In this document: positions 49,700-62,559 of the stretch, one piece after another
How positions within the stretch are numbered: the first letter of the stretch is position 1
Layout of the letters: each line of letters opens with the position of its first letter
DNA from: Carcharhinus amblyrhynchos
Lineage: Eukaryota
DNA: 64,000 bases
Direction: 5' to 3'
Assembly: GCA_965287045.1 (NCBI GenBank)
Contig: OZ336871.1
Coordinates: forward strand, 46,872,001 to 46,936,000
Program-made: the position numbers and the translations under genes
Notes under the pieces: model-generated
Seen by the model: only the letters and a program-made list of their open reading frames with translations
Told to the model about the DNA's origin: nothing
Database searches by the model: none

Positions 49700-50005
49700 G
49701 GTTTCTAAATTTAGGGGTCATTGTTTAAAAATAACCCTGCCCCCATTGAAATCAGAGATAAGGAAAAACCATTCTTACAGAGGGTTGTGAGCCTTTGGAA
49801 TTCTCTTCCTCAAAAGGCAGTCTAAATATTTTTTAGGAAAAGGTAGGGAGATGTTTGAGAAGCAAGGGGACAAATGGTCGTTGGGAGTAGACAGAAATGC
49901 GGAATTAAGTTTACAATCAGATCAGCCGTGATCTTATTGAATAACAGAGCAGGCTTGAAGAACCAAGTACTGACACCTGCTCCTAAATCATATGTTTGTA
50001 TGTAT
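49700..50005 (+). mobile_element. CR1 LINE 3' end fragment
   Basis: CAGAGGGTTGTGAGCCTTTGGAATTCTCT and AGATCAGCCGTGATCTTATTGAAT 3' UTR motifs shared with 42000-42200. Confidence 0.8.
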
Positions 50006-50049
50006 GGTTTCACAGATATAGAAGATGTCATAATTATTTTGAGATCACA

Positions 50050-50620
50050 GTTTGCTAACTTGTTTTGAGTAAAGTTGTCTTCTGACCAGTTAATAGAGAA
50101 TGAGGGAGAGAGTGAAGCTTTTCAGCCTGTCTCTTCTGCTAATGACTTTTTTTTGACACTTTTGGTGTCATTTGCAATCTCTGCAGTGACTGCAAACTGA
50201 CCTGTGCTACTTTTGTCCATTATGTATTTTCAAGAGGTTTTGCATGGGTCTGTCAGTGGTAGCCATTGTTTCAATATCCAGATCATTGTATTTTAGTGCA
50301 TCTTCCTTTGACAGTAATAAGTTTTGATGGGTCTGAAGGATTGTTTGTTTTTTCACCTTCACCTTGGAATGGGGCCTTGCATTTGAAAGCAGTTTGCCAT
50401 GTCTCAATTCAAATTGCCAAGTTTGAACTGCAATTCTATATTGGAAGTTTCCAAGAGCTGGTCAGCAATTCATTTCCGACGTCAGGTGACTTGTGGCAAC
50501 TACCTTTAGCCATTGTCTTTCCTTGTCTTTTAAAAGCCCCTTTTAAACTGTTCAGTATACACTTGGTTAGCTGATGAAGTTACAGATGTATCATTCATGC
50601 GCAGATGGCATCATCAAAAC
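50050..50620 (-). mobile_element. Old RTE-like LINE fragment
   Basis: HGKLLSNARPHSKVKV...NLLLSKEDAL resembles the RTE motif DGKLFNLARLxAKTKV...ELLFADDAAL. Heavily decayed. Confidence 0.4.
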
Positions 50621-52067
50621 AAATCATCCACCAAAACAACGAACGACGGTTGATACGAAAGTGATCAGTCAGAGTTATGGTGACTCCATGTAACATGGGA
50701 AATTCTGAAAGAGAAGCCAACCAACCTTCAAAGGACACTTATTCTGAAATCCCAAAGGCACTTTTATATACTGCTTCAAAGTAACTTACGTTTAATACTT
50801 GTTGTGTATAGGTAACTGTAAAAAAAAAGTAGTGCAAATATATCTTTAATTAAACCTACAGTATTAAAAACATCTTCTCATCAGCATTTTGTATCTCTGA
50901 CTTAGTTTGAAGTTTAAATGGAAAGCACGTACATTCTGGAATTAAATTACATCTACTCATTTTAGTGACATATTTCGACTCCCACATGGCAATAAAATGC
51001 TAGCAACAAACTTAAACTGTAGGTTGTGAAATCAGGTCCAACTCAAAGCCTTCAAGCAACCTTTGAATTACTTTAAATTGTAGGGGAATTTGAGTTAAAA
51101 AAAAACACACTTGTTTGAGATTCTCAGTGTTTAGTAATTTTTATGAAAGCCATGTCTTTCTTCAACCTTGTAATGTTAAATCCGAATCTGAATTCTTCAT
51201 TTTGTTCTCGACCGTTAATTACTTTCATCCATCTTTGAACCATTCCTTCAATCTAGGAGCCAAAACATTCCTTTTTCTTGATATATATAATTGCCATGAC
51301 ATTGATGAAAATTCAGACTGAAATAGGAAGGAATAAGGCAAAAATAACTCTGCCATGGAGTGATTGAGCGCAGGAAAGGCACAAATCTTTTGGGTCTTCA
51401 CTTAGTTGTACATGTCTACAAACAGGCCATGCCACATTTCAAAGAAAATTATCTTCCTGAAAATATAAATAATAATAGTCTTCTCAAAGGGAATTATAAA
51501 TTTATTTAAAAGAAAGATAAACAAAATATGTAGAGCTACCAGGTAAATAAATGAAGAAGATAGACTCAGGACCTAGACCTGGCTCTGAGATTTATTTTCA
51601 GATTATGTCATCGGCCATAGTGTTGAACATTTTTATACAGCTAGACAATAAAGGGACAGCATCGTATTTCCAAGTTTTTTTTTGTGTGTGATTTGAAAGG
51701 AAAGTTGAAGATAATGGCTTCCCATGCATCTGCTGCTCTTGTCCTTCTTGGTATAAACCACTGGTTTGGACGTTACATTACAGGAAGGGTTGGCGAGACA
51801 CTGCACTGCATTTCTGTATGATACCAACTGTAGAAAGCACCTTGAGTGCCCAGTGCCCACTACTTGAAGTGGTGGATGGGGCGCCAGTTAAGCAAGTTGC
51901 TTTGTCCTGAATGGTGTTGAGTGTCTTGAGTGTTGTTAACATAGTATTCATCCAGAGCAAGTGGAGAATATTGCATTATACTCCTGACTTGTGTTCAACG
52001 CGCAAGCTTTGATGAGCCATGGTGTAAATCTCTCAACATAGAGTACCCAACACCTGAGTGACACAGT

Positions 52068-52809
52068 GGGAGCGATTTTCTGACTCTCTTCAATGCAGTG
52101 CAAATCCCGTTATGGGTGGAAATTCTCACACAAGAGGGTCATAATAGGATGTGTGCTTGAGTGATCTCAGAATGAGGTCGTTCCTGCCCTCACCCCCTGC
52201 CAGTGATATCATCAAGCTCATGTCCAACAGGGACATGAACCTGATTACCATTCATTTAAATGTATTTAAATATCGAAATGTATTTAAATATTTTCGATAT
52301 TTAATGCCATATTTTCTGAAAACGCATATTTTCCCAACCACTGACGTGGCATAACACCAGTGGGAATCACTATGAGTTTCCAGAACATAGACTAGATGTG
52401 ATGACCATACCGGGCTTATCAGAGACTAATGTAGCCCCATTGTGGTCTGGGACATGGCAGGGCAGTGCCCTGGCACTGCTCGGGTGGCCCAGCCAGGTTG
52501 GCACTGCCAGGCCGTAGAGCCCACAAAAGGCAAGGCCTACAGGAGATGGGACCTGTAGATGACCTCATTGCAGGGGCTAACTTCACATTGATGGGAGGGG
52601 AACGATAGGTGGCGGAGGGTTGTCTGATGCTAACGAATTGAGGGCCGGGGGAATTTTAATATTGATTTGAGATTGGGGTCTTTTGAAAATGCACCTTAAT
52701 CTCTGTGGAGTCAGGTTTCTTTAGACCCACCCCTCATAATGTTGGGGCAAAACATGCCAGTTTTCAATCTGAACCTGACACTTTGCCATTTTTTGGGAAA
52801 ATCCCACCC
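52068..52809. mobile_element. Non-autonomous DNA transposon inserted in a LINE
   Basis: Termini GGGAGCGATTTTC / GGGAAAATCCCACCC. LINE homology stops before it and resumes after it. Confidence 0.6.
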
Positions 52810-53090
52810 AATATTTACGTGACTGGTGAAGTTCCTGGTCAATGGAGACTCAACGGGATATTAATAGTTAGGAATCGGATGTTGATGCCATTGTGTGTAA
52901 ACTGGAGGTATTTATATCTCTTCTTGTTGGAGGTGATCATTGCCTGAAACTTGAATGGCATCTGTGTTACTTGCCAATCTTCAGTACAAGCCTGGATAAT
53001 GTTCACATCTTGCAGCATGTAAGCACATACTGCTTCATTATCTGAACAGAACTGCACATTGAGCAATCGTCAGTGAGCTTGTGACATTAT

Positions 53091-53200
53091 GGGAGGAACT
53101 TTCCCATCCTGATCGCCATGGAAATCATAGCAAGCAGGAGATGGACTATCACAAGTTGGACTTTCCAGTCTTGGAGCAAGCATGGCTAGAAATCCCACTC
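53091..53200. mobile_element. Short MITE (same family as 38014-38139)
   Basis: GGGAGGAACTTTCCCATCCTGATCGCCATGGAAAT...GAGCAAGCATGGCTAGAAATCCCACTC aligns by eye to 38014-38139 and interrupts the LINE. Confidence 0.6.
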
Positions 53201-55404
53201 TAGGATTGGGAAGTCATTGATGAGGCAGGCAAAGATGGCCGGGCCCAGAACTCTGTCCTGAGGAAGTGTCCTGGCGTCCAGATGATTGGCATTCAGCAGC
53301 CACAACAATCTTCCTTTGGACTAGGAATGTTGGTGGGTGGGTTGCAATCAAGTCAGCCCAGATACAGGTTGGAGGTGGCCAAGGGTGTTGTTGAGTGCCA
53401 AGGTGAGTGGTTAGAAAGCTCACTTCAGTTCTTGGACTTCATCCCAGTTTGTGTTAAAAGCTGCTAGGCCTCACCCTCATCCCAACTGCAACACAATCTC
53501 CATGCTCCCTCTCTGCCAAGTCATGTGGCCCACAGATCTCATCATGCCTTCTATACTCTACACATCACATCCATGCCAACTCACACCCTCCATGTCACCT
53601 CATAGCTACCTCATGCTTCCTATTCCAATTTCATGCCACCTCATGCTTCCTGAACCAATTGTCTAGTGTAAACTATGGAGAGGATAAAAATATAAACTTC
53701 TAATAAAACTCATGTACACTTGATTTCATCAATGAAACCCATTTAGAAACTTTAAATTCACTGAATTGGTCCTCCTTCAGATATTTATGCCTTAAGAGGG
53801 CATAGTCAACCATAGACTTCCATTGAATTGCTCCATCATTGTGTTTGGCAAAGTATTGCAGTGATTTGTGATTGACTTCTGTGGTATGGCTGACCAGGAA
53901 GCTCTCCCAACCTTGCTGCTTGCCATCAGGAATGTCAAGGATATTCCTGATTATCAACTTGTTTGACCATATTATGAGTGCACCAAGTATGACTATCAAG
54001 TCTGAAGAGAACTTGAATCTGAAACTTCTGCCAGAGGTAGGGACATTGCCACTCTGCCACAAGACCCACTGCAGTGATTAATCTGTTATAAAGGCAACCA
54101 AAATTTGAAGATAACTTATCCTTTAATAGTCCCTTTAAATCATTAATCAAATAAAAACTCAACCTGCTCTCCCTCCCCAACCTCTAGTAGAAATAAGTAC
54201 TTCTGGAGATTTTAACCTCAGCCAAACATTCATAATTATCAGTTGTAATTGCAGCTCTTAGGAAATGTCACCAATGAACTCTATTGAAACTGTAAGAATA
54301 GATGGTAATGCTTTTTCCCCAAAGCTACAGCCTATGGCCTGTCAATCAAAGCACTCCAGCAGCGGTTTGCTTTTGTAATTCCAGCAAACAATTGCAGCCT
54401 AGTTTGATTAAAGAGCTGAGGATTAAAATAACTTCAGATCATGACACTTAACTAGAACCTATCGACTTTTCAGTCATGGCTACCACACTACAAAGTTAAA
54501 GTCTTTGAATCAGTGAAAATAGGATCTGTTTGCACTCAGGTCTAATGGTCTGATTGAGTTTGGGTCTCCTGCCTCTGTGACTCATGCCTTGCACTCTTCC
54601 TCCTGTTGACGAAAATAGAATCAATGGTGGCGGTGGGCGGGGTGGGGGGGTGGGGGGGGCAGGGGAGTTGGTGCGGTGGCACTGGTGGTTATGCATTAGT
54701 GTCACACCTGCCAAATGTTTGCAGAATCAACCCAACTCTGTAAATATCTTGATCACGCTATATAAATCTGGAGTAACATATAGGCCAGACTGGATAAGCA
54801 CCAATGGGCTTTTCAGGGCAATCTGATAGTTTATGGTCACCATATTAGTTTTTTTTCTGCTTTTCATTTAATTAATAGAATTTAAATGAATGAGAATGCC
54901 AGAGGTACATCGTTTAAGGAAATTGGATTTAGTCATTTATGCACCAGGAACCAGCTCATGGAACTGTTGTCCAACTTAAACAAAAATCAGCAGAAAAACA
55001 GCTTTACCTCTTTTAGCCAAGTCATGTTTTATCCCTATAATAAATCCCTTTCAATACAAATTCCTATGACTGTTGTATGACTGTTGTTTTTATTGGAGTT
55101 TATCATACCAAGGTATGAATACTTACAGAAGAAAGTAAAGCATATGAATCATGTTGCTCTTAAAAATGAAATATATTAAAATTATTATTAACTCATCTTT
55201 AATTTTAATTAATTTATTTGAATGATGTATGGGATCCTAGTTAGAGAAGGTGAGCCTCAGAGTATAATGGCCAAATTACCATCAGAAGTATGACAATTTA
55301 AAAAAAATCATTTGAAGCAGTTGTTACAAAAAAGATACACCTCACAGTTACAAGCACTCGCATTTCTTCCTGCACAAATGTGGGACCAGGTATAACCAGT
55401 CTCC

Positions 55405-56810
55405 ACTATGTCCTTCTTCTTAGGTAGTCCCTTGAATTTAAGGATAACTCAACTTCCACGCGAAAAGTGAATTCTCAGGTGACTGAGGAGTGCAGTGCAC
55501 AAGCTACAGGTGAGGTGCCCGGATTACAAGGCATTCCTTTTGCTATTGATGCTTGGCTTCAGCTTGTTGTCATCGATGAAACTCAAGGTGTTCAGCTCCT
55601 TCTCAGATGCTTTTCCTTTGTTTTGGATGGTCTTGGCCGGGGGAGTCTGCAGGAAGGCAAAGGAATGTTTGGTAAGTGGCATGCTTTCAAAAGCGTGTTA
55701 ACCAGAGTTCAGGGTGAACACATTCCTCTTCGAGTGAAAGGCAAGGACGGCAGAAGTCAGGAACTCTGGATGACTCAGGATATTGAGGCCCTGGTCAAGA
55801 AGAAGAAAGAGGCACATAACATGCATTGGCAGCTGGGATCAAGTGAATCTCTTGAAGACTATAGAGGGTGTAGGAGTTGAGTTAAGAGAGAAATCAGGAG
55901 GGCAAAAAGGGAACACAAAATTGTCTTGGCATATAAGGCAAAGGAGAATCCAAAGAGCTTCTACAAATACATAAAGATCGAAAGATTAACAAGGGAAAGA
56001 GAGAAAATTGCCCCTTTGGACACTTTTGTATCTCTCCCCTCTCACCTTAAACTTATGCCCTCTCGTTTTAGACTCCCCTAACTTTGGGAAAAGATATTGA
56101 CTATCTACCTTGTTTATGCCCCTCCTTATTTTATAGACCTCCATAAGGTCACCCTTCAGCCTCCTATGCTTAAGAGAAGAGCACATGTTTTTGTAGTCCC
56201 ATGTCAGGCATGAAGACAATGTGGCCTGCTTAGTGGAGCTGATTGAGTGTGGTCAACGCCTCAATGCTGGGGTTGTTGGCTTAAGAAAGAACACTGATAG
56301 CGGGATGCCTATCCTGACAGTGGATTTGCAGGATATTGCGAAGGCAGCTCTGGTGGTATTTTTCCAAGATTTTGGAGTGTCTACTATACGTAGCCTACAT
56401 CTCTAAGCCATGTAGGTGGAAAAGTAACACTACTGCTCTATACACCATTAGACCATGAAACCATAAGCTTGATGCCAGGTCTGAGGTATGGAAAGTGGTC
56501 CACATGTTTAAGGCCGTGTTTTGATAACCAGAGTGGTGGGGAGGAGCTGTGGGGGCACTGTGTAGTGGGGACTAGTTGGTAAAGGATCTTTGTCTTCCAA
56601 ATGTACAGTGTAAGGACTATTCTCTCATCTGCCTCAGTGAAGGCATTGACAATGGCTTGGAGCTCGGCCTCCTAGTGCAGAGACACAAACGTTGTCTGCA
56701 TATTGTTCAATGATAGAGGATGGGACAATCTTGGATCTGATCTGCAGGCCAATACTCCACCTGAGGTTGAACTAGTGACTTGTGGAGGCATTAATAGTCA
56801 TATTTCAGAC
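55405..56810 (-). mobile_element. RTE-clade LINE 3' portion, interrupted by CR1 fragments
   Basis: Minus-strand ANNPSIEALTTLNQLH*AGHIVFMPD (RTE LRWAGH motif). (CTT)n tail at ~55413. Confidence 0.75.
55651..56180. mobile_element. Two convergent CR1 fragments (plus 55651-~56001, minus ~56002-56180)
   Basis: Plus: QELWMTQDIEALVKKKKEAH and KENPKSFYKYIK. Minus: RRLKGDLMEVYKI...TRGHKFKVRG. Confidence 0.8.
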
Positions 56811-56839
56811 ATTACTGGAGTCAGAGAAGGTCACAGAGG

Positions 56840-58202
56840 ACTGGAAAGTAACACCCTGTTTAAGAGGAGAGGGAGGCAAAAGACGGAAATTAGAGGCCAG
56901 TTAGCCTTACCACAGTCATTGAAAAGATTTTAGACTCCATAATTAAGGTTGAGATTTCAGAGTATTTGGTAGTGCATGGCTTTGTCAAGGGGAGATCATG
57001 CCTGAATAGTCTGTTGGAATTTTTTGAGGAGATAACAAATAGGTTAGACAAAGGAAAGCCAGTGGTCATTATCCACTTGGATTTCTCAAAGGCTTTTGAC
57101 AAGGTGCAGAAGGCTGCTCATGGTGTTAGAGGCAAGGTAATAGCATGTATTAAGGGAGAGAGTGAGGATAAAGAAGTCTTTTCCAGGATGGTATCTGGTG
57201 ACTAGTGGTGTTCTGCAGGGGTCAGCGTGGGACCACAACTTTTCTCTACATACATCAATGATCTAGATGAAAGAACTGAGGGCATTTTGGCTCAGTTTCG
57301 GATGATACAAAGATAGGTGGTGGGACTGGTAGTATTGAGGAAGCAGGGAGGCTGCAGAAGGACTTGGACTGGTTAGGAGAGTGGGCAAAGAAGTGGCAGA
57401 TGGAATACAATGTGATAAGTGTGAGGTTATGCACTTTGGTAGGAAAAATAGAGGTGTAGACTGTTTTCTAAATGGGGAGAGAATTCAGAAATCAGAAGCG
57501 CAAAGGGACTTAGGAGCCCCTGGTTCAGGATTCTCTTAATGTTAATTTGCAGGTTGACATGGTAATTAGGAAAGCAAATGCAATGTTAGCATTCATTTTG
57601 AGATGCCTAGAATACAAATGCAGGGATGTACCACTGAGGCTTTATAAGGTTCTGCTCATACTACATTTGGAATATTGTGAGCAATTTTGCACCCCATATC
57701 TGAGGAAGGATGTGCTGGCTTTGGAGAGAGTCCAGAAGAGGTTCAGGAGAATGATACCGGAATGAAAGGCTTGATGTATGAGGGTCATTTGAGGATTCTG
57801 GTCTGAACTTGATGGAGTTTAGAAGGATGAGGTAAGATTTCATTAAAACTTGCTGAATACTGAAAGGCCTGAATAGAGTGGACGGGGGGACGATGTTTCC
57901 ACGTGTGGGAGAGACTAGGGTCCAAGGGCACAGCCTCAGAGTAAATGGATGACCCTTTAGAACTGAGAAGAATAGGAATTTCTTCAGCTAGAGAGAGGTG
58001 GATTTGTGGAATTCATTGCCACAAAAGTCTGTGGAAGCCAAGTCATTGAGTATATTTAAGATAGAGGTAGATAGGTTCTTGATTAGTAAAGGGATCAAAA
58101 GTTACAGGGAAAAGGTGGGAAATAGGGTTGAGAAACACATCAGCCATGATATGGAGCACGCTTGATGGGACAAATGGCTCAATTCTGCTCCTATATCTTA
58201 TG
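56840..58202 (+). mobile_element. CR1 LINE, RT domain to 3' tail (degraded)
   Basis: HGFVKGRSCLNSLLEFFEEIT, LDFSKAFDKV, HLEYCEQFCTPYLRKD. Tail CTCCTATATCTTATG. Confidence 0.92.
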
Positions 58203-58631
58203 CCTTCGCTTGCATTTCCACCCCCCACTCATCTGTGTGACCTGCGTAATTGCTATGGATTTGGCTCTGGGTACATACCCCAGATGCTCTATTACGCTCA
58301 TCAGCATTCACTACTGAATACTGGTTGCAGAGTGGAATGAAGTCAGGGCAATCCTGTACTATTGGCCCGTTTCTACTTGCTTCTCTGGTGGCTAGTCATT
58401 TTCTCTCTGTCTGCATACTGTTAAGTTACAGGGTGACCACACACACAAACGTGGTATCCATGGAACTCTCAATCACACAAATGCGCTCAGAGATGCCAGT
58501 TCATGATCAAGTTCTAAAACCATGAATCCCAGCTTCTGAAACTCATGACACATCCTGCATGAATAGTTATTCAGGGCTTAGGAAGCAACTAAGAGTTCCC
58601 ACATAGCACAGGATGTGCACTGTGAGGGTTA

Positions 58632-59070
58632 GCATGAGGAGGGATTTAGCTGTGAGGAGAGATTGGGTAAACTGGGGTGATTCTCCCTGGAAAGACGGAG
58701 AATGAGGGGAGACCTAATAGAGGTGTATAAAATTATGAAGGGCATAGATAGGGTGAACAGTGGGGAGCTTTTTCCCAGGTCGGAAGTGACAAACACAAGC
58801 AGTCACAGGTTCAAGGTGAGGGGGGGTGGGGGGGCGAGGCTTAACTCAGATATCAGAGGAACGTACTTTACACAGAGGGTGGTGGGAGCCTGGAATGCAC
58901 TGCCAAGCAGGGTGGTGAGGCGGACACGCTGGGATCGTTTAAGACTTATCTGGATAGTTACATGAGCAGACTGGGAATGGAGGGGTACAAAAAATGGTCT
59001 AGTTAGACTAGCAGGCTTGGAGGGCCGAAGGGCCTGTTTCCTGTGCTGTATTGTTCTTTGTTCTTTGTTC
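58632..59070 (+). mobile_element. CR1 LINE 3' end
   Basis: MRGDLIEVYKIMKGIDRV...YFTQRVVGAWNALP and a (TTCTTTG)n tail. Confidence 0.9.
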
Positions 59071-59124
59071 ACTGTCAAGGTTGGAACAGTCCTCTTATTT
59101 CTTTCTTTAAAAACTTACCTCTTC

Positions 59125-59215
59125 TAATAAATCTTGCTATTGCAAATATCAATACTAATAAACCTTACTACTATGAATAAACCTTAGCATTACTAATAAA
59201 CCTTGCTAATAATCA
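59125..59215. repeat. Short degenerate tandem repeat (AATAAACCTT core, ~18-bp period)
   Basis: AATAAACCTT recurs three times, preceded by the variant AATAAATCTT. Confidence 0.6.
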
Positions 59216-60046
59216 ATATTGTATTCTCTGGGAAACAATTGTACATTTATGGTTTATGGTGTTTGCACACAAACAGTACAAATATTTGCATGAATTTTCA
59301 TTGTTTACAATTTAAATTGAGTTGTCAAATAGTTTAAATCAACTTAATATTTCTGTTATAAATTTGACAAAGGAATTTTCTGTAACAGATTATGGGTTGG
59401 AATGCTAATATCATACAGTGCAATGTCATCCCATTAGGGGTGCTAATCAGTCATCTTTTGTTCCTGTCTGATCTTATTGGTTAGAGGAGACATAGCAGCT
59501 CCCCAATGCATAATGTGATGATCAAGAGGAGAGCTGTCAATCACTTAGTGTCACCATTTGTTATATTGTCGGAGCAGACCCCATGCTATTACAGCAAGGA
59601 ATTTTATATTCTTCTTGGCCACTGCTAACAAACAATTTCTTAAATCTTTATCCTAAGTTGAATTATGTACTCATTGAGATGAAGTACATAAGGGATGGAC
59701 CACTTTTTATTTCAGCCACCTAATGTCAGTATGCAGCACTAGAATGTAGTTGAAGACAAAGTAAAGCTTACTTTGCTTTGTCTAATAAAGTGCTACAACT
59801 GCAACAATAACAATCACAATGAATTGCATTTATACAGCACTTCTGAACAGAAAAATATTCTCAAGGTGTCACACAGAAGCATAATCAAACAAAAATCAAG
59901 AAAGACCCAAATGATGGTTTCAGGAGGGCTCATGAAAAATTGAACCAAAGAGGCAAGTTTTAGGTGAGGAGAGTGAGGTGAAAAGGTTTAGTTGCACAAG
60001 TGCCTCTCTCCTGTGCCATTGTGCCTTTTCTTCCCTTTCCACAACT

Positions 60047-60370
60047 GGCAGCATGGTGGCATAGGGTTAGCACTGGCGTCTCACAGCCCCAGGGGTCCGT
60101 GTTCAATTCCTGACTTGGGTCACTGCTTTGAGTTTGCACATTCTCCTCGTGCATGCATGGGTTTCCTCTGGGTGCTCCAGTTTTCTCCCACAGTCTAAAG
60201 ATGTGCAGGTTTGGTTGTTTGGGCATGCTAAATTAACCCTGAGTGTCCTGGGATATGATAGGTTAGAGGGATTAGCAGGGTAACTAAGCAGGGATAGGGC
60301 CTGGATGGGATTGTCATTGGTGCAGACTTGATGGGCTGAATGGCCTCCTTCTTTACTGTAAGGTTTCTAT
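60047..60370 (+). mobile_element. HE1-type V-SINE
   Basis: GGCAGCATGGTGGCATAGGGTTAGCACT head, V domain and a CR1-type tail GATGGGCTGAATGGCCTCCTT. Confidence 0.85.
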
Positions 60371-61438
60371 CTTGCTTCTTTGAGCAGGTTCATTAATTTG
60401 ATAATGTGTGATGTAAAATTAGTGCACTCTATGTTGAATCAAAAATAAAATTGAACAAAAAAAGGGAAAAAAACTTATTTTCCATTGTGACTTTTAAGTT
60501 TATGCCACAATTCTGATGATCACATCCTCTTCTTTTTTTAACACTGCAAATGATATTTCAGAATTCAAAAGTTAAAGATTATTTTACAAAATGCATAGCA
60601 AAATAACAACTGACGATGATGGTAACTGAATACAATGAATCATCTCTGACATTGGCACCTCCTATTGCTGAAAGTTTGTCTTTAGGGGAGGCAAGGACCC
60701 TCATTAAATTTTGCACTGGCATTTTTTTTTGTATTTATTAATACAATAATAAATCTCTGTGGCATTTTGCAAATGAAATGCAAAACATCTGAAACAAAAT
60801 GTCATTCATCAAATAATATGTCAACATAAAATACTTAGAAATTCAGAAAAAACATCTATCCCAAGTTAGATTTCTGTTTCATGTTGGATAAACAGGGATG
60901 ATCCAAAACATTTTGCTATTATGCTAATAATCCCATCATTGCTTTTGGCTGCAACCCATTCCATAATGTAATAAAATGACAAAGAACATTACTAAACAGA
61001 TTCAACAAAATCTTGAGATTTTGAGGGCGTGTTAATGGTGGCATTAAGGACTAAAGAGGGTGCTAATAATGCCGAAAGGTAACCTAGCAGAGTGTCCAAT
61101 CTCTCTGCACCTCAATCCCCTGCCAGGAGGATCTCAAGTCTCTCTGCTACTTCCTTGAGCAGAGGCCTGAACAATCCCTGTCTACCACTACTCTCCTCCT
61201 CCTACCTGAACTTGCTCTCATGCATCAATTTCTTCTGCAAATAAAAGGTGTGGCTAAAGGTACCCACAAAGGTACCCTCTTATGCCCATTTTTTTTGTGG
61301 AATATTTGGAATATTCCTTGTTCCAATCCTACTCAGGCCCTCTGCCACAACTGTTTCCCCATTACATTGATAAATATATTGCCGCCCCTTCAAGCTTTTG
61401 TTTGGATCTGGAAAGATTTATCAGTTTGGCTTCTAATT

Positions 61439-61744
61439 GGGATGGCACAGTTGCACAGTGGTTAGCACAGCTGCCTTACAACGGCAGGGATTAGGGTTTG
61501 TTTCCTGGCTTGGGTCACTGCCTGTATGGAGCCTGCATGTTCTCCCTGTGTCAGTGTGAGTTTTCTCCAGGTGCTCTAGTTTCCTCCCATATTCTGAAAG
61601 ACATGCAGGTTAGGTACATTGGCCATGCAAAATTTTCCCTCAGTGTACCCAAACAGGCACCGGAGTGACTAGAGAAATTTCACAGTAACTTCACTGCAGT
61701 GTTAATGTAAGCCTTACTTGTGACGAATAAATAAACTTTAACTT
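61439..61744 (+). mobile_element. V-SINE with non-CR1 tail, inserted in the Penelope RT
   Basis: HE1-like head and V domain, then TTTCACAGTAACTTCACTGCAGTGTTAATGTAAGCCTTACTTGTGACGAATAAATAAA. Flanked by TAATT at 61434-61438 and 61745-61749. Confidence 0.8.
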
Positions 61745-62456
61745 TAATTTCCACCCCTTGCTCACCTTCATATGGCCCATCTCCAACAAATCCCTTCTTT
61801 GATCACCCTGTCTCAATTTATGACCACCAAAATTCATTAGAAACCAACAGCTATCTTGACTACAGCTCCTTTTCCCCGTTCCCTATAAGGACTCTATCCC
61901 ATATTTCCAGGTTCTCTGCCTCCCCCACTCATGCCACCTTTGGAAATAGTGATTCAGAAATGTCTGCCTTTTTTTTCCAACTGAGAAATCTCACCCCACT
62001 GTGGTTGACAGGTACTCAACTGTATCCAACGCATCTCCTGCACCTCTACCCTCAGTCCTTCCGCTCTCTCCCTGAAGCATGACAAGGTCCCTGTTGTCTG
62101 CACTTTTCACCCCATCAGCCTCTACATTTAATGGATCATCCGCCACCATGTCGAACAACTCCAACATGATGTCATCATTAAATGAATCTCCGTTCATCCC
62201 CTCTGTCAGCATTCCTCAGGGACCATTCCCTCCGTGACACCTTGGTCCACTTCTCCATTACCCCCTAACTCTTCTCATGGCACTTTCTCAAGCAATCACT
62301 GAAGGTGCAACATCTGCCCATTTACCTCCTCACTGTCCAAGAGCCCAAATGTTCATTTCAGGTGAGCAGCATTTCACCTGTAGCTCCTTCAATTTGGTCC
62401 ACTGTATTCACTGCTCCCAATGTGGTCACTACATTGAGGAGACTAAATGCAGACTG

Positions 62457-62559
62457 GGGCTGGAATTTTACCAGCATGCCCGCCCGATGCTCGTGAAATC
62501 GCACCCGAGGTCAATGGAGAATGCTGTTTTGCAAGCTTCGCCCGCCGCAAAATCAGGGC
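62457..62559. mobile_element. 103-bp MITE with 3-bp CTG target-site duplication
   Basis: Removing it and one CTG restores the host frame KCRL-GDCFAEH. Termini GGGCTGGAATTTT / AAAATCAGGGC. Confidence 0.8.

Larger units (their letters stand above)
51690..53460 (-). mobile_element. CR1-clade LINE (distinct family), split by two DNA-transposon insertions
   Basis: Minus-strand TTLKTLNTIQDKATCLTG, IQACTEDWQVT..FKFQAMIT and a degenerate PQGSVLGP..INDLP at ~53210-53275. Confidence 0.75.

Noticed and set aside
54625-54670. G-rich run with G-quadruplex potential (similar C-runs at 6385-6430 and 30055-30090)
   Set aside because: Simple G/C homopolymer tracts are common in this sequence, and there is no independent evidence of function.
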